A stretch of 64,000 nt of DNA from an uncultured Sandarakinorhabdus sp. (GCA_964535865.1 CAZHTW010000001.1:4599-68598), one strand, 5' to 3'. Shown: positions 51,702 through 61,746, counted from the first letter of the stretch. Notes: generated by a model not told the origin, from the sequence alone. Numbers and translations: made by a program.

Positions 51702-52214
51702 GTGCGCACTTTGATCAACCGGCTGGTGATGGGTGGCGATATCCGCGCCTGGCGGAACCGCCACGGCGAGGCGGCAACCCGCGCCTTCCACGATCTGGCC
51801 GCCCGCGCCGTGGCCGTGGCCGAGGCCGAGGCGGCGCGGCTGGGTGCCGGCAGCCTGGCCTTTGGTCAGCGCGATTTCCTGGCAGACCGGGTGAAGACCC
51901 TGCTGCGCGACAATGCCGAGCCACTGGCCGATGATCTGATCGAGGCGGCCAATGAGGATCTGGCCCTGCTCGCCGATGCCGAGGTGGTGCGCATCCGCGG
52001 CGATGATTATGCCTTGATATCCAAGGGGATGATCGTCGATTTTTCCGATGCGATGCTGGCCATGCTGCCGATGAACCGCACCGCCATGCTGCATGAACGG
52101 CTGCGCGAGTATGTCCACACCAGCCTGATCGCCGGGCCCAAGGGCAAGCCGGCGATCCTGGAGCAATTGCTCAGCGCCTATGCCGAGGCAGCGAAGCGGG
52201 CGCTGAAGAGCTGA
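51702..52214 (+). CDS. Hypothetical protein
   Basis: Fills the gap between mmsB and the hydratase; GGGAAGGGAG RBS; codon usage like neighbouring genes. Confidence 0.7.
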   Translation: MRTLINRLVMGGDIRAWRNRHGEAATRAFHDLAARAVAVAEAEAARLGAGSLAFGQRDFLADRVKTLLRDNAEPLADDLIEAANEDLALLADAEVVRIRGDDYALISKGMIVDFSDAMLAMLPMNRTAMLHERLREYVHTSLIAGPKGKPAILEQLLSAYAEAAKRALKS

Positions 52215-52988
52215 TCAATTCCCCGTCCAGTTCCCCGGCCGCTTCTCGACAAAGGCGGCCATGCCTTCCTTCTGATCGGCGCTGCCGAACAGGCCGTGGA
52301 ACAGCCGCCGTTCGAACCGCACACCCTCGCGCAGCGTCATTTCAAAGGCCGCGTCAATCTCTTCCTTCACCGCTATGCTGGCCAGCGGCGCCATGCCGGC
52401 AATCGTCTCGGCCAGCTTCATCGCTTCATCCAGCAGGGTTTCGGTTGGCACCACCCGCGCCACCAGGCCCGACCGCTCGGCCTCGGCGGCGTCCATCATC
52501 CGCCCGGTCAGGCACATTTCCATCGCCTTGGCCTTGCCGATGGCGCGCACCAGCCGCTGCGATCCGCCCATGCCCGGCGTCACGCCGAGCTTGATTTCCG
52601 GCTGGCCGAATTTGGCGTTCTCGCCCGCAATGATGATGTCCGCCATCATCGCCAGTTCGCAGCCGCCGCCCAGCGCAAAGCCGCTCACCGCCGCGATCCA
52701 CGGCTTGCGGGTGGCGGTGACATGGTCATAGCCGGCGAAGAAATTGCCGCCATACATTTGCGCGAAGGACTGGCCGCTCATCTCCTTGATGTCCGCTCCC
52801 GCCGCAAACGCCTTCTCGCTGCCGGTGATCACCAGGCAGCGCTGCGACGCGTCGGCATCATAAGCCGCAAACGCCGCGATCAGATCGGCCAGCACCTGGC
52901 TGTTCAGCGCGTTCAGCGCCTGCGGCCGGTTCAGCCGCACCAGCGTCACCGCGCCATGCTGTTCAACGAGGATGGTTTCAAAGCTCAA
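52215..52988 (-). CDS. Enoyl-CoA hydratase
   Basis: [36 protein letters not shown]; TTG start overlaps the upstream stop. Confidence 0.95.
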   Translation of the reverse strand: MSFETILVEQHGAVTLVRLNRPQALNALNSQVLADLIAAFAAYDADASQRCLVITGSEKAFAAGADIKEMSGQSFAQMYGGNFFAGYDHVTATRKPWIAAVSGFALGGGCELAMMADIIIAGENAKFGQPEIKLGVTPGMGGSQRLVRAIGKAKAMEMCLTGRMMDAAEAERSGLVARVVPTETLLDEAMKLAETIAGMAPLASIAVKEEIDAAFEMTLREGVRFERRLFHGLFGSADQKEGMAAFVEKRPGNWTGN

Positions 52989-53431
52989 TTCAGGTCTCCC
53001 TGCTGGAAAGCGGCATGACGCGCGGCGATGCGCGGGGCCAGATGGTCGAAATCGGCCCAGTCCCCTGCAACATCGAACATCTCGCCGGTGGGGAAGGCAT
53101 CGCTGTAATCGTCGAAATAGGCGCCCAGATCCTCGGCCTCGCCGGCTTCAGCATCATAACCGGTCACATAATAGGCCTCAGTGAGGCGCCGGCCGGCGGG
53201 GGTAAGGTCTTCGGGGTAGAAGCTGTTGGCAAACCGGTCCCAATACCAATCGATCGGAGTGATGCGACGGGCAGCCAGATCGGCGTCCAACGCGTCATCA
53301 TCCTCCCCCGGCGCCACCAGCCCGTGCAGCGTCGCCCACGCCAGATACAGCGCGGCGTGCACCATCAGCGCCTCGTCAGGCACCCCGGCCGGCTGGGCCT
53401 CGTGCCAGTTCTCCACCCGGTCATAGGCCAT
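52985..53431 (-). CDS. Small acidic hypothetical protein
   Basis: 148 aa, rich in D/E/Y/W; co-oriented, with stop overlapping the hydratase start. Confidence 0.75.
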   Translation of the reverse strand: MAYDRVENWHEAQPAGVPDEALMVHAALYLAWATLHGLVAPGEDDDALDADLAARRITPIDWYWDRFANSFYPEDLTPAGRRLTEAYYVTGYDAEAGEAEDLGAYFDDYSDAFPTGEMFDVAGDWADFDHLAPRIAARHAAFQQGDLN

Positions 53432-53470
53432 GGCGCTGGTCCTTTGTGCAGACAGGCTGGCCGGCCCGGT

Positions 53471-53842
53471 TCATGCCCCGCCTTTGGCCGCCGCATAATC
53501 ATCGGCACCCAGAAAGTGGATCGAGACATAGGGCTCATCGCCCACCACCCAGCTGTCATGGCCGGGGGGCACATAGAAGATATCGCCGGCCTTCATCTCG
53601 ATGACGCGGCCATCGTCCATTGCGGCGGTGGCACAGCCAGACACCACCATGCCGACATGCTCGACATGACAAGAGGACGCTCCAGCCGCCGCGCCAACAT
53701 CATCCTTCCAGCGCCAGCCAGGCTGATAGGTGGCGCGGCCGATGGTCATGCCGCCCAGGCGCACGATCTCGAAGCGGCCCTTGGCGAATTCGCGCACTTC
53801 ATCGGGCGATTCGAAGCGCTTGAGGATGACATCCAGATCCAC
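53471..53842 (-). CDS. Cupin domain protein
   Basis: PGWRW...C.VEH.G.VVSG...AGD...VPPGHD.WVVG. Confidence 0.85.
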   Translation of the reverse strand: MDLDVILKRFESPDEVREFAKGRFEIVRLGGMTIGRATYQPGWRWKDDVGAAAGASSCHVEHVGMVVSGCATAAMDDGRVIEMKAGDIFYVPPGHDSWVVGDEPYVSIHFLGADDYAAAKGGA

Positions 53843-53846
53843 TGTT

Positions 53847-55343
53847 TCACCCCATCGTGGGAATGACGAACGCGCTGCCGCCATCCATCCCGCCATCCGG
53901 CCACCTTCCGGTCACTGTCTTGCGCTTGGTCCAGAATTGCACGCCTTCCATGCCGTGCTGGCCGATGTCGCCAAAGGCGCTGCGCTTCCAGCCGCCAAAG
54001 CTGTGATAGGCGACCGGCACCGGGATCGGCACATTCACGCCCACCATGCCGACATTCACCCGCGCCGCAAATTCACGCGCCGCGTGGCCGTTGCGCGTGA
54101 AGATGGCGACGCCGTTGCCATATTGATGCTGGCTGGGCAGGGCGAGCGCCGCTTCGAAATCGGCGGCGCGCACGATCTGCAGCACCGGCCCGAAAATCTC
54201 CTCGCGATACGACTGCATCGTGGGCGTCACATGATCGAACAATGTCGGCCCGACGAAAAACCCGCCCTCATGCCCCTGCAGGGTGAAGCCGCGGCCATCC
54301 ACCACCAGTTCGGCGCCTTCGTCCACGCCCATCTGGATATAGGCCTCGATCTTGGCCTTGTGCGCCGCCGTCACCACCGGGCCGTAATCAGCCTCAGGGT
54401 CGGTGCTGGTGCCGATGCGCAATTTGGCAATCGCCGGCAGCAATTTGGCGCGCAGCGCTTGGGCCGTGGCATCGCCCACCGGCACCACCACCGGCAGCGC
54501 CATGCAGCGTTCGCCCGCGCTGCCAAAGGCCGCGCCGGCCAGATCGCGCACCACCTGGTCCAGATCGGCATCGGGCATCACCACGGCGTGATTCTTCGCG
54601 CCGCCCATCGCCTGCACCCGCTTGCCGCGCGCACAGCCCTGCGCATGGATATATTCGGCCACATCGGATGAGCCGACAAAGCTGATCGCGGCGATATCGG
54701 GATGCTGGATGATCGCATCCACCATTTCCTTGTCACCATTCACCACGCTGAAAATGCCTGTCGGAAGGCCGGCATCGCGGAAAATCTCGCCCAACAGATG
54801 CGGCAGGGTGGGATCGCGTTCCGACGGCTTCAGGATGAAGGCATTGCCGGTGGCGATGGCCACGCCGGCCATCCACATCGGGATCATCGCCGGGAAGTTG
54901 AACGGCGTGATGCCGGCACCAATGCCGATGGGCTGGCGGAAGGCCCAGATATCAATGCCCGGCCCGGCGCCGTGCGTATACTCGCCCTTCAGCACATGCG
55001 GTATGCCGCAGCAGAATTCGATCACCTCCAGGCCGCGCTGGATATCGCCCCGGCTGTCCGCCAGCACCTTGCCATGTTCGCTGCTCAGCACGCGGGCCAG
55101 CTCGTCCATGCGGGCTTCGACCAGTTCCTTGAACTTGAACATCACCCGGGCGCGGCGCTGCGGGTTGGTGGCGGCCCAGGCCGGCTGTGCGGTGCGGGCG
55201 GCGGCCACCGCCTGTTCCAGCAGGTCCATGCCGGCCAATCGCACTTCCGCCTGCACAAGGCCGTTATTGGGATCAAACACCGGGCTGGTGCGGTTGCCGG
55301 CGGCCACGGCCTCGCCGGCGATATGATGATCGATGATGCGCAT
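53847..55343 (-). CDS. mmsA: CoA-acylating methylmalonate-semialdehyde dehydrogenase
   Basis: ITPFNFP, KPSERDP, GGAKNH, AGERCMA, EEIFGPV, GVNVPIPVP. Confidence 0.96.
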   Translation of the reverse strand: MRIIDHHIAGEAVAAGNRTSPVFDPNNGLVQAEVRLAGMDLLEQAVAAARTAQPAWAATNPQRRARVMFKFKELVEARMDELARVLSSEHGKVLADSRGDIQRGLEVIEFCCGIPHVLKGEYTHGAGPGIDIWAFRQPIGIGAGITPFNFPAMIPMWMAGVAIATGNAFILKPSERDPTLPHLLGEIFRDAGLPTGIFSVVNGDKEMVDAIIQHPDIAAISFVGSSDVAEYIHAQGCARGKRVQAMGGAKNHAVVMPDADLDQVVRDLAGAAFGSAGERCMALPVVVPVGDATAQALRAKLLPAIAKLRIGTSTDPEADYGPVVTAAHKAKIEAYIQMGVDEGAELVVDGRGFTLQGHEGGFFVGPTLFDHVTPTMQSYREEIFGPVLQIVRAADFEAALALPSQHQYGNGVAIFTRNGHAAREFAARVNVGMVGVNVPIPVPVAYHSFGGWKRSAFGDIGQHGMEGVQFWTKRKTVTGRWPDGGMDGGSAFVIPTMG

Positions 55344-55390
55344 GGGCATTGTTTATCGGCTGGCGCACCCGCTGGCCACAGTCGATTCCA

Positions 55391-56365
55391 TCAGTGGTGG
55401 TGATGGCCCCCACCACCACCACCGCCGCAACCTTCTGCCACCGCCTGGCGGCAATGGTCTTCGCCGGTTTCCACCTGCAGCGTGGCATGGCCGATATCAA
55501 AGCGGTGGTGCAGCGCATGGGCGATGTTGGCCAGCACCTCGTCCCCCGGATGGCCGCCCGGCATCACCAGATGCGCCGTCAATATCGCGCCATTGGTGCC
55601 CTGCGGCCAGATGTGCAGATCATGCACCGCCGCCACCCCGTCCAGTCCGGTCAGCCAGCCGCGCACCGCCGCCGGTTCAATCCCGGCCGGCACCGCATCC
55701 AGCGCCAGCGCCAGCGATTCGCGCAGCAGGCCCCAGGTGCCGCGCAGGATCACCGCCGCCACGCCCAGGCCGAGCAGCGGATCCACCCACACCCACCCCG
55801 TCTGACGGATCAACAGGCCGCCCACCACCACCGCAGCCGACACCCCGGCATCGGCGAGCATGTGCAGATAGGCGCCGCGAATGTTCACATCACCCTTGCG
55901 GCCGCGCAGGAACATCAACGCCGTGCCCAGATTGATCAGGATGCCGATCGCCGCCACGATCATCACCACATCGCCTGACACGCTGAGCGGCTGCGCCAGC
56001 CGGTGCAGCGATTCAAAGATGATGCCACCGCACGCCGCCACCAGGATCAGCGCATTGGCCAGCGCCGCCAATATGGGGGATCGCTGCAATCCCCAGGTGA
56101 AGCGGTCCGTCGGTGCCCGCCGCGCCAGCTTGATCCCGCCCCAGGCAATCAACAGCCCCGCCACGTCCGACAGATTGTGCCCGGCATCGGCCAGCAGCGC
56201 CATCGAATCAAACCACAGGCCCGCGCCGGCTTCGATGCCGACATAGGCAAGGTTGAGCGTGATCCCCACGGCAAAGGCCCGGCCGAAATCCGGCAGTGGG
56301 TGGGCATGGCCATGGCCATGATGATCATGGCCGCCCAGCGGATGGGTATGGGCGTGGCTGTGCAT
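55391..56365 (-). CDS. Cation diffusion facilitator (CzcD/ZitB-like)
   Basis: His-rich N-terminus, ALLADAGHNLSD, HMLAD, VHDLHIW, H.TLQVE. Confidence 0.93.
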   Translation of the reverse strand: MHSHAHTHPLGGHDHHGHGHAHPLPDFGRAFAVGITLNLAYVGIEAGAGLWFDSMALLADAGHNLSDVAGLLIAWGGIKLARRAPTDRFTWGLQRSPILAALANALILVAACGGIIFESLHRLAQPLSVSGDVVMIVAAIGILINLGTALMFLRGRKGDVNIRGAYLHMLADAGVSAAVVVGGLLIRQTGWVWVDPLLGLGVAAVILRGTWGLLRESLALALDAVPAGIEPAAVRGWLTGLDGVAAVHDLHIWPQGTNGAILTAHLVMPGGHPGDEVLANIAHALHHRFDIGHATLQVETGEDHCRQAVAEGCGGGGGGGHHHH

Positions 56366-56415
56366 GGGTTTGTTATGGGGTGCCCGCGCAGGCGAGTCGA
56401 GGGGGTGGTCTGCTT

Positions 56416-56503
56416 GATCCTCCCCTCCCGCTTGCGGGAGCGGTTGGGGGTGGGACACTTGATCCTCCCCCTCTGGGGGAGGTGCCCGCAGGGCGGAGGG
56501 GGC
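56416..56503. repeat. Two tandem REP/CIR-like elements
   Basis: GATCCTCCCCTCCCGCTTGCGGGAG..GGGGGTGGG followed by GATCCTCCCCCTCTGGGGGAGGTGCCCGCAGGGCGGAGGGGGC. Confidence 0.75.
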
Positions 56504-56610
56504 AGCGCGCGTCGTGAAGGAACGGCCGGCGGCGGAGCCGCCGAGTCCGTTTTGGGTGTGACAGAAGAAGAGAACAAAGAGCGTGGCGGAGGCACGCCGT
56601 CAGACGAGTC

Positions 56611-56640
56611 AAAAAAAAGCGGCCCGAAGGCCGCTTTTTT
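56611..56640. terminator. Bidirectional intrinsic terminator downstream of tRNA-Gly
   Basis: A8-GCGGCC-cgaa-GGCCGC-T6. Confidence 0.88.
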
Positions 56641-56704
56641 CGCTCGCTGTCCGGGCTTGATCGAGTCAGGCTGCGGCACGCAGCCAGCCGATCTTCGCAG
56701 CGAC

Positions 56705-56779
56705 TGGAGCGGGTGAAGAGATTCGAACTCTCGACTTCAACCTTGGCAAGGTTGCGCTCTACCCCTGAGCTACACCCGC
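56705..56779 (-). tRNA. tRNA-Gly (anticodon GCC)
   Basis: GCGGGTGTAGCTCAGGGGTAGAGCGCAACCTTGCCAAGGTTGAAGTCGAGAGTTCGAATCTCTTCACCCGCTCCA: cloverleaf, TTCGAA T-loop, encoded CCA. Confidence 0.98.
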
Positions 56780-56866
56780 TCACCCGTCGCCGGGAAGCGC
56801 GCCTCTAGCACCGGCTGCTTCGCGCATGCAAGCCCCTTTTTCCAAAAGCCTGCGCGCAACCGCCGT

Positions 56867-56896
56867 CTTGGCAAATGGCCCCCAACGCCCCCATAT
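56867..56896 (+). promoter_or_regulatory. Putative RpoH promoter for the cnoX operon
   Basis: CTTGGC-N16-CCCCATAT; ybbN/cnoX is a known heat-shock gene. Confidence 0.55.
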
Positions 56897-56928
56897 GGCA
56901 ACCAAGTCAGACGATCCGGAGCAACAAC

Positions 56929-57834
56929 TTGGCCAGCATCCCCAACCCGGCCGCCGAAAAGGCCAGCCTCGAAGCCTTCCGCCGCGACGTGATCGACGCG
57001 TCAAAGGCCGCGCTCGTGCTGGTGGATTTCTGGGCGGAATGGTGCGGCCCGTGCAAGACGCTGGGCCCGCTGCTGGAAAAGGTCACCGCCGCCCGCGCGC
57101 CCAAGGTGAAGCTGGTCAAGATCGATGTCGACAAGAATCAGATGCTGGCCAGCCAGTTCCGCATCCAGTCCATTCCCACCGTCTATGCCTTTCTGGATGG
57201 CCGCCCGGTCGATGGCTTTCAGGGCGCGCTGGGCGAACGGGAGCTGACCGCCTTTGTCGACCGGCTGCTGGCCGGCGTGCCGGCCAGCGCGGATGAAGCC
57301 GCCCTGGAAGAACAGATTGCCGCGCTGGTGGGTGCCGCCGCCGAAGCCACGGCCGCCGGCGCCCATGATGACGCCGCCGCCATGCTGGGCGCGCTGGTGC
57401 AGGAACTGCCCGAGCGCGCCGATCTGGCCGGCCATTATGCCCTGGCCCTGATCGCCGCCGGCAAGCTGGACGGTGCCGCTGCGGCGCTGGCCGCCGTGCC
57501 CGCCGATTCGAAGGACGACGTGGTGGCCCGCGCCCGCGCCGCGCTGGCGCTGGCGGCCGACGCCCCGGCCGATGATGAGCTGGCTCCGCTGATCGCGGCG
57601 GTCGATGCCGATCCGGCCAATCACGAGGCCCGCTTCGAACTGGCCAGCGCGCTGGCCGCCAAGGGCGACCGTGACGGCGCGGCGGATCATCTGCTCGCCA
57701 TCATCAAGGCCGATCGCGGCTGGAACGAGGGCGCGGCGCGCGAGAAATTGCTCAAGATGTTCGAAGCCGTTGGCCTGGCCGATCCGTGGAGCGTCAAGAC
57801 CCGCGCGAGCCTGCGCGCCATCTGGTTTTCATGA
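56929..57834 (+). CDS. cnoX: Chaperedoxin CnoX/YbbN (thioredoxin plus TPR)
   Basis: DFWAEWCGPC, SIPTV, C-terminal TPR (W.EG.AR..LL..FE); TTG start with GGAG RBS. Confidence 0.92.
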   Translation: MASIPNPAAEKASLEAFRRDVIDASKAALVLVDFWAEWCGPCKTLGPLLEKVTAARAPKVKLVKIDVDKNQMLASQFRIQSIPTVYAFLDGRPVDGFQGALGERELTAFVDRLLAGVPASADEAALEEQIAALVGAAAEATAAGAHDDAAAMLGALVQELPERADLAGHYALALIAAGKLDGAAAALAAVPADSKDDVVARARAALALAADAPADDELAPLIAAVDADPANHEARFELASALAAKGDRDGAADHLLAIIKADRGWNEGAAREKLLKMFEAVGLADPWSVKTRASLRAIWFS

Positions 57835-58490
57835 GCGAGAGCGAGGCCTTCGAGCCGCTGCCGGCTGCGGTGCCGGTGTTCCCGCTCACCGGCGCCGTGC
57901 TGTTTCCGCGCGGGCTGTTGCCGCTCAACATCTTTGAACCGCGCTATTTGGCGATGGTGAAGGATGCCATGGGCGCCACCGGCGCGGCCCACCGCATCAT
58001 CGGCATCATCCAGCCAAAGGGCGGCGGCAAGAATGGTGCGCCGCCGGCGCTGTACAAGGTTGGGTGCCTCGGCCGCATCACCGAATATCGCGAAACCGAT
58101 GACGGCCGCATCCTGATCGCGCTGGCTGGCATCAGCCGCTTTCGGGTGGGGGCAGAGCTGGAGCGTGACACGCTGTATCGCCAGGTCGTCACCGATTATC
58201 ATGGCTTTGCCGCTGACCGGCAGGAGCCCGCGCCGCTTGATGCTGCCACCCGCGCCGGGCTGGAAGATGCGCTGCGCCCCTATCTGGATGCACGCGGGCT
58301 GGCGGCGGACTGGGACGCGGTGCAATCGGCCGACGATGATGCCCTGATCATCACGCTGGCCAGCGCCCTGCCATTCGAGCCGGCGGAAAAACAGGCGCTG
58401 CTGGAAACTGTCAGCCTGGCCGAACGTGCCCAGACGCTGGCCACACTGATGAGCTTTGCCGCCAGCAGCGGCCCCAGCGGCCTGCAGTGA
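57831..58490 (+). CDS. LON peptidase substrate-binding domain protein
   Basis: PVFPL.G..LFP...[17 protein letters not shown]. Confidence 0.92.
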   Translation: MSESEAFEPLPAAVPVFPLTGAVLFPRGLLPLNIFEPRYLAMVKDAMGATGAAHRIIGIIQPKGGGKNGAPPALYKVGCLGRITEYRETDDGRILIALAGISRFRVGAELERDTLYRQVVTDYHGFAADRQEPAPLDAATRAGLEDALRPYLDARGLAADWDAVQSADDDALIITLASALPFEPAEKQALLETVSLAERAQTLATLMSFAASSGPSGLQ

Positions 58491-58681
58491 TGAGCGGCAC
58501 TCCGATCGATCCGCGCCTGCTCGCCATCCTGGTCTGCCCGGTCACCCGCCAGCCCTTGCGCTATGACGCGGCGGCCCAGGAACTGGTCAACGACACCGCC
58601 GGTTTGGCCTATCCGATCCGCGACGGCGTGCCGATCCTGCTGGCCGATGCCGCCCGCGAATTCCTGCCGCCCACGGGTTGA
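58490..58681 (+). CDS. Trm112 family protein (YcaR/UPF0434)
   Basis: LL.ILVCP.T...L.Y...[15 protein letters not shown]. Confidence 0.92.
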   Translation: MSGTPIDPRLLAILVCPVTRQPLRYDAAAQELVNDTAGLAYPIRDGVPILLADAAREFLPPTG

Positions 58682-58684
58682 TGT

Positions 58685-60490
58685 TCAGCTGAAGGCCAAC
58701 CCTTCGAACTTGCCCGATGTTCGCCAGCCGGCGATATAGTTGAAATAGGCAACCGGCCCGGCGGGATAGCCGACCCCGAAGGCGGCTGATTCGCCATAGC
58801 CATGGCCTTCATTGTTGTAATAGCCAGGGGTGCAATCGGCCACAGCATCCATCATGCGCCCGGGCGCATGCATCAGCAACTCCACCCATTTTTCCTGGGC
58901 TTCAGCCGTCACCTCCACCCGCCGGGCGCCGGTATCACGGGCGTGGGACAGGATGGCCGCGATCGTGTCGCCAGCGTCGGTCCAATTGTGCGGCACGTTG
59001 ATGATGAAATTGGCGCCTTGGGCGAACTGCACGATGAAGGCGTTGGGAAAGCCGTGCACATGCAGGCCGTGCATCGTGCGCATGCCATCCTTCCATGCCT
59101 CTGACAGGCGCTTGCCGCCAACACCGGCAATGTCGAAGCCGGAGCGGCGTTCATAGGAGGTGCCAACCTCGAAGCCTGACGCATAGATGATGCAATCCAC
59201 GTCATAATGGGTGCCGTTCACCCAGAAGCCAGTCTCATCGATGCGCTCGACGCCCTTGCCATCGGTATCGATCAGCTGGGTGCCGGGTTCATTGAACGCC
59301 TGCAGATAGGCATCGTGGAAGCAGGGCCGCTTGCACAGCTGCCGATACCAGGCCTTCAATCGGTCGGCCGTGGCCTTGTCGCGGACAATCGCGTCGGTGC
59401 GGTCGCGGATTTCCGACATCTTCTCCAGATCGGCATCCTCGAATGCCGCCATCATGTTGGCCGGCGTCATCTGATCCATGGGCAGCGTCATGATGCGTTC
59501 ACGGATACGGCGCGTCAGGTCGGTCCAGCCGTCCTGCACCAGATCTTCAGCCGGCGGCGGCCCCATGCCGACATTGCGGGCGAAATTGTCGAGCCAGCGC
59601 TTCTGCCAGCCGGGCGCGGCGATACTGGCAAACCAGTCGCGATCGATCGGCGCATTGGCGCGCACGTCCACCGAAGATGGTGTGCGTTGCACCACATAGA
59701 CCGTGCCGCCGGCCCGGGCGAGGTGCGGCACACATTGCACCGCGGTTGCCCCGGTGCCGATGATGGCCACCCGCTTGTCCTTCAACTTGTCCAGCGGGGC
59801 GCCGTTGGTGTCACCGCCGGTATAATCATAATCCCAGCGGCTGGTGTGGAAGCTATGGCCCTTGAATGTCTCGATGCCCGGGATTCCCGGCAATTTGGGC
59901 ACATGCAGCGGGCCGGTACCGGTGCCGATGTAATCGGCGGTGAAGCGGTCACCGCGATCGGTGGTGATCACCCACAGGCTCCTGCCCTCATCCCACACCA
60001 TGTCGGTCACCCGTGTGTGAAACAACGCCTTGTCATACAGGCCGAAGGTGCGCCCGATGCGCCGCGACTGCTCCAGTATTTCCGGGGCATGGGCGTATTT
60101 TTCGGTCGGCATGTGCCCGGTTTCTTCCAGCAGCGGCAGATAGATGATCGACGCCGTATCGCATTGCGCCCCGGGATAACGGTTCCAATACCAGGTGCCG
60201 CCGAAATCGCCGGCCTTCTCGATGATGCGCACATCCTTGATGCCGGCCTGGGCCAGCCGCGCGCCGACGCACAGACCGGCAAAGCCGCCGCCAATCATGG
60301 CGAAGGTGACATGATCCGTCAGCGGTTCGCGCGGCACCACCGGCATATAGGGGTCATCGAGATAATGGGCATATTCGCCGCTCATCTCGATATACTGGCT
60401 GCTGCCATCCTCGCGCAGGCGCTTTTCGCGTTCAGCCTTGTAGCGCGCCAGAATCGCCTGCTTGTCGAGGGTCGCTGCTGCACTGGCCAT
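58685..60490 (-). CDS. Baeyer-Villiger monooxygenase
   Basis: GGGFAG, GGTWYWNRYPG, FKGHSFHTSRWD BVMO fingerprint, GTGATA. Confidence 0.93.
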   Translation of the reverse strand: MASAAATLDKQAILARYKAEREKRLREDGSSQYIEMSGEYAHYLDDPYMPVVPREPLTDHVTFAMIGGGFAGLCVGARLAQAGIKDVRIIEKAGDFGGTWYWNRYPGAQCDTASIIYLPLLEETGHMPTEKYAHAPEILEQSRRIGRTFGLYDKALFHTRVTDMVWDEGRSLWVITTDRGDRFTADYIGTGTGPLHVPKLPGIPGIETFKGHSFHTSRWDYDYTGGDTNGAPLDKLKDKRVAIIGTGATAVQCVPHLARAGGTVYVVQRTPSSVDVRANAPIDRDWFASIAAPGWQKRWLDNFARNVGMGPPPAEDLVQDGWTDLTRRIRERIMTLPMDQMTPANMMAAFEDADLEKMSEIRDRTDAIVRDKATADRLKAWYRQLCKRPCFHDAYLQAFNEPGTQLIDTDGKGVERIDETGFWVNGTHYDVDCIIYASGFEVGTSYERRSGFDIAGVGGKRLSEAWKDGMRTMHGLHVHGFPNAFIVQFAQGANFIINVPHNWTDAGDTIAAILSHARDTGARRVEVTAEAQEKWVELLMHAPGRMMDAVADCTPGYYNNEGHGYGESAAFGVGYPAGPVAYFNYIAGWRTSGKFEGLAFS

Positions 60491-60522
60491 GGTTGTTCCG
60501 CTCCCGGTTGCTGGGCGCAAAA

Positions 60523-61746
60523 CTAGACCAGTTCGCCTTTCAGCAAAGCTGGCAGTTTTCCGGTTTCGCCGCGGGCCTGGTTCATGAAAAACCGCTTCAG
60601 CGGCGGCAACCGCTCCACGGCCGACAGGCCGATGCGCCGCACCCGGCTGGGCACGCGGCCGGGGATGGCGAACAGCCGGTTCAGATTGTCCGTCACCGCA
60701 CACACCAGGCTGTTGTCAAACATCCGCCACGCCGAAACCTGGGCCAGCACATCGGGGCTGCCCAGATCCAGCCCGGCCCGCGCCGCGTTGGTGAGCACTT
60801 CGGCGGCGGCCGCCACATCGCGGAAGCCCATGTTCAGGCCCTGGCCGGCAATCGGGTGGATGCCATGCGCCGCATCGCCAAGCAGCAGCAGCCGGGTATC
60901 GGTGTAGCGCGCGGCATGGTGGAAGCCCAATGGCCACACCGTCTGCGGCGCGATCACCTCGATCTCGCCCATGGTGCCGTCACAGCGCGCAGCAATCTCG
61001 GCCGCCAGTGCCTTGGGGCCCAGCTTTTTCACCGCGGCCATGTGGCGGCCATCCACCGTCCACACAATGGCGGTGCGCGGCCGGCCATCATCGGTGTCGG
61101 TCATCGGCAACAGCGCCAGCGGGCCTTCGGGATAGAAGAGCTCACACGCCACATTCCCGTGCGGCACCGTGTGCGCCACCATGGTGATGAGCGCGGCATG
61201 GGGATAATGCCACTGGGCGATCGGAATGCCGGCCGCGTCCCGCGTGGCCGAGCGGCGGCCATCACAGGCCACCACCAGCGGCGCCCGGAACACCCGGCCA
61301 TCGGCCAGCGTGAGCGTCGCGGCATGATCATCCCGCTCCAGCCCTGTCACCGTCACCGGTGCCAGCAGCTGCACATTGGGTTCATTGCGCACCGCGCGCA
61401 GCAGGCCGATGCGCAACAGGCGGTTTTCCACCATCGTGCCCAGCGGATCATTGCCCTCCCCGGTATCAAAATGCAGAAATTGCGGATGGGTGCCATCGGT
61501 CACGCGGATGGCACGGATCGGGCAGCCGGTGCCATCGACGATATCGCCCAGCCCCAGCGCCCGCAGCATCCGGCCCGACGCGCTGGCAATCGCACTGGCC
61601 CGGCCATCGAACGCCGGCAGCGTGGTTGAATCCAGGTCCTGCGCATCAACCACGATGCTGGTCACGTCGGCCTTGGCCAGCGCCAGCGCCAGCGTCGCGC
61701 CCACCAGGCCGCCACCAATGATGATCACATCTGCGTTTGCCGTCAT
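60523..61746 (-). CDS. ubiH: UbiH/UbiL-family ubiquinone biosynthesis hydroxylase
   Basis: GGGLVG, FDGRASAI, CDG..S, GDAAH.IHPIAGQGLNMG.RD; divergent from ftsK. Confidence 0.9.
   Translation of the reverse strand: MTANADVIIIGGGLVGATLALALAKADVTSIVVDAQDLDSTTLPAFDGRASAIASASGRMLRALGLGDIVDGTGCPIRAIRVTDGTHPQFLHFDTGEGNDPLGTMVENRLLRIGLLRAVRNEPNVQLLAPVTVTGLERDDHAATLTLADGRVFRAPLVVACDGRRSATRDAAGIPIAQWHYPHAALITMVAHTVPHGNVACELFYPEGPLALLPMTDTDDGRPRTAIVWTVDGRHMAAVKKLGPKALAAEIAARCDGTMGEIEVIAPQTVWPLGFHHAARYTDTRLLLLGDAAHGIHPIAGQGLNMGFRDVAAAAEVLTNAARAGLDLGSPDVLAQVSAWRMFDNSLVCAVTDNLNRLFAIPGRVPSRVRRIGLSAVERLPPLKRFFMNQARGETGKLPALLKGELV

Noticed and set aside
56705-56779. tRNA-Gly as a prophage or island attachment site
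   Set aside because: No integrase and no duplicated tRNA 3' end seen in the window
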